A stretch of 40,128 nucleotides of DNA from Candidatus Deferrimicrobiaceae bacterium (GTDB taxonomy: Bacteria > Desulfobacterota > Deferrimicrobia > Deferrimicrobiales > Deferrimicrobiaceae): positions 1 to 40,128 of the forward strand of contig DASWBR010000067.1 in the NCBI GenBank assembly GCA_036390495.1. Reading direction: 5' to 3'. Shown piece by piece: positions 37,162 to 40,128 of this stretch. How positions within the stretch are numbered: the stretch's first letter is position 1; every line of letters starts with the position of its first letter. The notes beneath the pieces are model-generated. The model was not told the DNA's origin. It searched no databases and saw only the letters and a program-made list of their open reading frames with translations. A program made the position numbers and the translations under genes.

Positions 37162-38210
37162 CTGTCCCCCCCCGCGAAGGCGACGCGGGCGGCGCCGCGC
37201 CCCTTCCGGATTTCGCCGATCACGCAGGCCGGGAATCCCGCCCGGCGGAAATGGGCCACGGACCGGTCCGCGTCGCCCGGTCGGACCACGAGGACCATCC
37301 CGATCCCCATGTTGAACGTCCGGAACGCCTCGGAATCCGGCAGCCTGGCGGCGCCGCAGATCGTCCGGAACACCTGCGGAACCTCCCAGGAGGAGCGGTC
37401 GATCACGGCGACCGTGCCCCGCGGCAGCGATCGCGGCAGATTCCCGGGAATTCCCCCGCCGGTGATGTGCGCCATCCCGAGGACGCGCGCCTTCCGGAGG
37501 AGGGAAAGGACGGGGCGCACGTAGATCCTCGTCGGGCGGAGCAGCTCCTCCGCCGCCGTCGTCCCCCACTCGGGGATCCTCTGGTGGATCCGCTTCCCGA
37601 GGAGTTCGAACACGGCCTTCCGCGCGAGGGAGTAGCCGTTGCTGTGGAGGCCCGAAGAGGAGAGGCCCACGAGCGCGTCTCCCGGGCGCACCCCGCTTCC
37701 GTCGACGATGTCGCGGCGGTCCACGGCCCCGACGGCGAACCCCGCGAGGTCGAAGTCGCCGCGCGCGTAGACCGAAGGCATCTCGGCGGTCTCCCCGCCC
37801 AGGAGGGCGCATCCCGCCTGGCGGCACCCCTCCGCCACCCCGGACACCACCCGCGCGCCGTCCCGCGCGGAGAGCTTCCCGGTGGCGTAGTAGTCGAGGA
37901 AGAAGAGCGGCTCCGCCCCGTGGACGAGGATGTCGTTGACGCACATCGCCACGAGGTCGATCCCCACCGTGTCGAGCATCCCGGCCATCGCGGCGACCTT
38001 GACCTTGGTGCCGACGCCGTCGGTGCCGGACACGAGGACGGGGTCGCGGTACTTCCGCGACGGGAACCGGAAGAAGCCGGCGAACGAGCCGATCTCCCCC
38101 AGCACTTCCTTCCGGTAAGTGGTGCGGACCATCGGCCGGATGAGGGAGACGAGGCGATCCCCCTCGTCGATGTCGACGCCGGCGTCCCTGTAGGTGACGG
38201 GTTTTCTCAA
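37158..38210 (-). CDS. purM: Phosphoribosylformylglycinamidine cyclo-ligase (AIR synthetase)
   Basis: TYRDAGVDI, TDGVGTK, DLVAMCVND, GGETAEMP, SSGLHSNGYSL, HITGGG, TFNMGIG. Confidence 0.97.
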   Translation of the reverse strand: MRKPVTYRDAGVDIDEGDRLVSLIRPMVRTTYRKEVLGEIGSFAGFFRFPSRKYRDPVLVSGTDGVGTKVKVAAMAGMLDTVGIDLVAMCVNDILVHGAEPLFFLDYYATGKLSARDGARVVSGVAEGCRQAGCALLGGETAEMPSVYARGDFDLAGFAVGAVDRRDIVDGSGVRPGDALVGLSSSGLHSNGYSLARKAVFELLGKRIHQRIPEWGTTAAEELLRPTRIYVRPVLSLLRKARVLGMAHITGGGIPGNLPRSLPRGTVAVIDRSSWEVPQVFRTICGAARLPDSEAFRTFNMGIGMVLVVRPGDADRSVAHFRRAGFPACVIGEIRKGRGAARVAFAGGDR

Positions 38211-38236
38211 CGCATCGCTCCGATCGGTCGTACCCC

Positions 38237-38266
38237 ACGTTACTGACGGGGAGAAGCGGATGTCAA
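38237..38266 (-). promoter_or_regulatory. Putative sigma70 promoter of purMN
   Basis: Minus strand TTGACA (38266-38261), 18 bp spacer, TAACGT (38242-38237). GGAG RBS before the TTG at 38210. Confidence 0.5.
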
Positions 38267-38326
38267 TGTTTTTCCCCCGTTGTGGGGGTAATATAAGGAG
38301 AATCGCAGGAAACGCCGGAGGTCGGC

Positions 38327-39082
38327 ATGGCCACGCGGGTCGGGATCGTCATCCTCGGGGACGAGGTGCTCCGGGGAGAGACGAAGGAGGCGAACATCGC
38401 CTACATGCTCCCGCTCCTCGACGAGTGGGGGGCGGAGACGGTCCTCTGCGCCATCCTGCCGGACGACATAGGCGTCGTGGTCCGGCACCTGCGGTCGTAC
38501 CTTTCGGAGACGGATTTGCTGATCCTCACCGGCGGGATCGGACCGACGCCGGACGACATCACCCGGGACGCGGTGGCGCAGGTGGCGGGCGTTCCCCTCG
38601 TGCTGGACCCGGAGGTGAAGGCGGCGCTGGAAGCGCACCCGTACAAGGGCGCCAACCCGCAATACCGGCTGCTGATGGCGCTCGTGCCGCAGGGGGCGAC
38701 CCTGATCCCGAATCCCCTTTCCCCCGCGCCGGGTTTCTTCACCCACCGGATGGCCGTCTTCCCCGGCATCCCGAGGATGCTCCAGTCGATGTTCGGGTGG
38801 GTGCGGCCGATGGTCTCGGGCGTCCGCCGGAGCCGGGTCACCCTCTACTCGATGGCCCCCGAGTCTTCCTACGCCGGGATCATGCGGGAGGCCATGGAGG
38901 CGTTCCCGGACGTTGCCGTCGGGTCGTACCCCATGTCGGAGGGGGAGTACCGGGTCCGGGTCGTCTTCCGCGGAAACGGCTTCGGTCGAACGTCGGCGTG
39001 CGCGGCGCATTTCGAGGAGCGGCTCGCCGGCGTGGGGTTTCGCGTGTTGCGGCGCGCGGAGGAGCGGGGGGACGATGCGTAG
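38327..39082 (+). CDS. CinA N-terminal/MoCF-biosynthesis-like (COG1058) protein, no PncC domain
   Basis: GDEVLRGETKEAN, ILPDD, TGGIGPTPDDIT, APGF, FPGIP, VGSYP. Confidence 0.85.
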   Translation: MATRVGIVILGDEVLRGETKEANIAYMLPLLDEWGAETVLCAILPDDIGVVVRHLRSYLSETDLLILTGGIGPTPDDITRDAVAQVAGVPLVLDPEVKAALEAHPYKGANPQYRLLMALVPQGATLIPNPLSPAPGFFTHRMAVFPGIPRMLQSMFGWVRPMVSGVRRSRVTLYSMAPESSYAGIMREAMEAFPDVAVGSYPMSEGEYRVRVVFRGNGFGRTSACAAHFEERLAGVGFRVLRRAEERGDDA

Positions 39083-39758
39083 CGCGCGCGGGAAAGGGGC
39101 GTCCCTCTTCTTCGCCCTGGCGGTTTTCATCCTGGCGGCCGCGGCCACCGCCGCGGGGGACGGGTGGACGGAATTGTCGCCGGAGTGGGGCGATATCCGG
39201 CCGGAACGGAAGGCGGTCTATTCGGACAACGGGATCACCGTCGAGTTCGTCAACCCTCCGGGATCGGCCATCGGCTACGAACGTTCCGGGAAGTGGCCTG
39301 CTTCCTCCACCGCCTCGATCCGGATGTACGCGGACAACGTCAACGTGACCGGGAACGGGTACGTGCCGTCCGAGGCGTACTTCCCGATCTCGATCACCTT
39401 CGCCTTCGGCGAGGACTCTCTCGACCTGGGGTGGCGGGAGCGGGTGTCCCTGTTCTTCCGCCAGATGTGGTCCGGTTTCCACCCGTCGGGGATCTGCCTG
39501 ACGTACGCGTGGGGAAACCGCGTGCCCCAAGGGTCGATGTACCGCCTCTGGCAAGAAGAGACGGTGTTCGTCCTGGCCGGCGGGGACGAGGCGGGGAAGG
39601 AGATCGCCGGAAGCCGCCGCCTCGCGGACGATTTCCGGGCGGCGTACGCAAGGCCTCCGAAGGGGCCCGTCACGAAGATTCTGGTCCGGGCGCGGCGTCC
39701 ATCCGGGGAGAAGGGAACGCTGAAGGGAAACGTGTCGCTGGCGTTCCCCGCGAACTGA
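39075..39758 (+). CDS. Exported protein, DUF3047-like (227 aa)
   Basis: Signal peptide LFFALAVFILAAAATA. LTYAWG...GS...FVLAGG...RRLADDFRAAYARPP resembles DUF3047 (from memory, unverified). Confidence 0.55.
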   Translation: MRSARGKGASLFFALAVFILAAAATAAGDGWTELSPEWGDIRPERKAVYSDNGITVEFVNPPGSAIGYERSGKWPASSTASIRMYADNVNVTGNGYVPSEAYFPISITFAFGEDSLDLGWRERVSLFFRQMWSGFHPSGICLTYAWGNRVPQGSMYRLWQEETVFVLAGGDEAGKEIAGSRRLADDFRAAYARPPKGPVTKILVRARRPSGEKGTLKGNVSLAFPAN

Positions 39759-40127
39759 CTATCTTGCGGCGGGTGTGTCCGGGGACGGGGCGGGAGAAGG
39801 GGGGGCGGCCGGCTTCGGCGCGGATGGAATCACGGGAGCCTGCGTCTCCTTGGCGGCTGCCTGGGTTTTCCGCGTCATGGCGATCTGGAGACCCCGGGCG
39901 TATTCGGCCTTCGGGTCCGCCCCGATCGCTTTGACGAAGTGGTCGATCGCCGCGTCGTAATCCGATCGTTGCAGCAATCCCTTCCCTAGTTCGTTATGCG
40001 CCGCGGCGAAGGCGGGACGCGCCTGCACGACTTTCCGGAACATGGCGAGCGCCTCGTCCTGCTGGTCGAGCCGGGCGAGAGCGAGCCCTTCCGCGTACCA
40101 GATCTCGTATCCTTTCCGGTAGTCCGG
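39759..40127 (-). CDS. TPR-repeat protein, 3' part only (5' end outside the window)
   Basis: Frame open from the window edge: PDYRKGYEIWYAEGLALARLDQQDEALAMFRKVV...AHNELGKGLLQRSDYDAAIDHFVKAI, then a Pro/Ala-rich tail. Confidence 0.75.
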   Translation of the reverse strand, partial: PDYRKGYEIWYAEGLALARLDQQDEALAMFRKVVQARPAFAAAHNELGKGLLQRSDYDAAIDHFVKAIGADPKAEYARGLQIAMTRKTQAAAKETQAPVIPSAPKPAAPPSPAPSPDTPAAR

Positions 40128-40128
40128 C

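Noticed and set aside
38211-38326. Purine/ZTP/PRPP riboswitch upstream of purM; CCCCC-GTTGT-GGGGG inverted repeat at 38274-38288
   Set aside because: The predicted leader is only about 20 nt, too short for an aptamer. The inverted repeat is low-complexity and lacks a proper terminator tail.

Overview
A 40 kb, very GC-rich core-chromosome segment from a diderm bacterium. Gene order and content look delta-proteobacterial (inference, no database search). I call 42 CDSs and see no rRNA, tRNA, CRISPR array, transposase or prophage. Layout: leuS(5' partial)-lptE-holA >, < rpsT, ogt >, < mazG. Next comes an almost gap-free ~29.8 kb plus-strand run of 29 genes: TPR/Zn-ribbon membrane protein, DUF4388 protein, phoH, 7TM-HD phosphodiesterase, ybeY, lnt, prfB (+1 programmed frameshift), lysS, lolC/E, lolD, bamA, skp, lpxD, fabZ, lpxA, lpxB, msbA, waaA, lpxK, lipid A acyltransferase, gmhB, Trm112-like, rfaE1, DUF4416, yicC, gmk, rpoZ, rel, ridA. 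The window ends with < rpmB, YdcF-like >, < purN-purM, CinA-N-like > DUF3047-like >, < TPR (partial). Most of this is housekeeping. The best leads are: (i) an uncharacterised two-gene membrane module (polytopic TPR + CxxC-x15-CxxC protein, and a membrane-anchored DUF4388 protein with tandem MshEN-like motifs) heading the envelope super-operon; (ii) a phased cluster of four DnaA-box-like sites between convergent ogt and mazG; (iii) a PgpH-like HD protein lacking its extracellular domain; (iv) a non-canonical prfB shift site (CTT TGA A); (v) AT-rich, promoter-like islands inside lnt and gmk. All family calls are motif recognition by eye.
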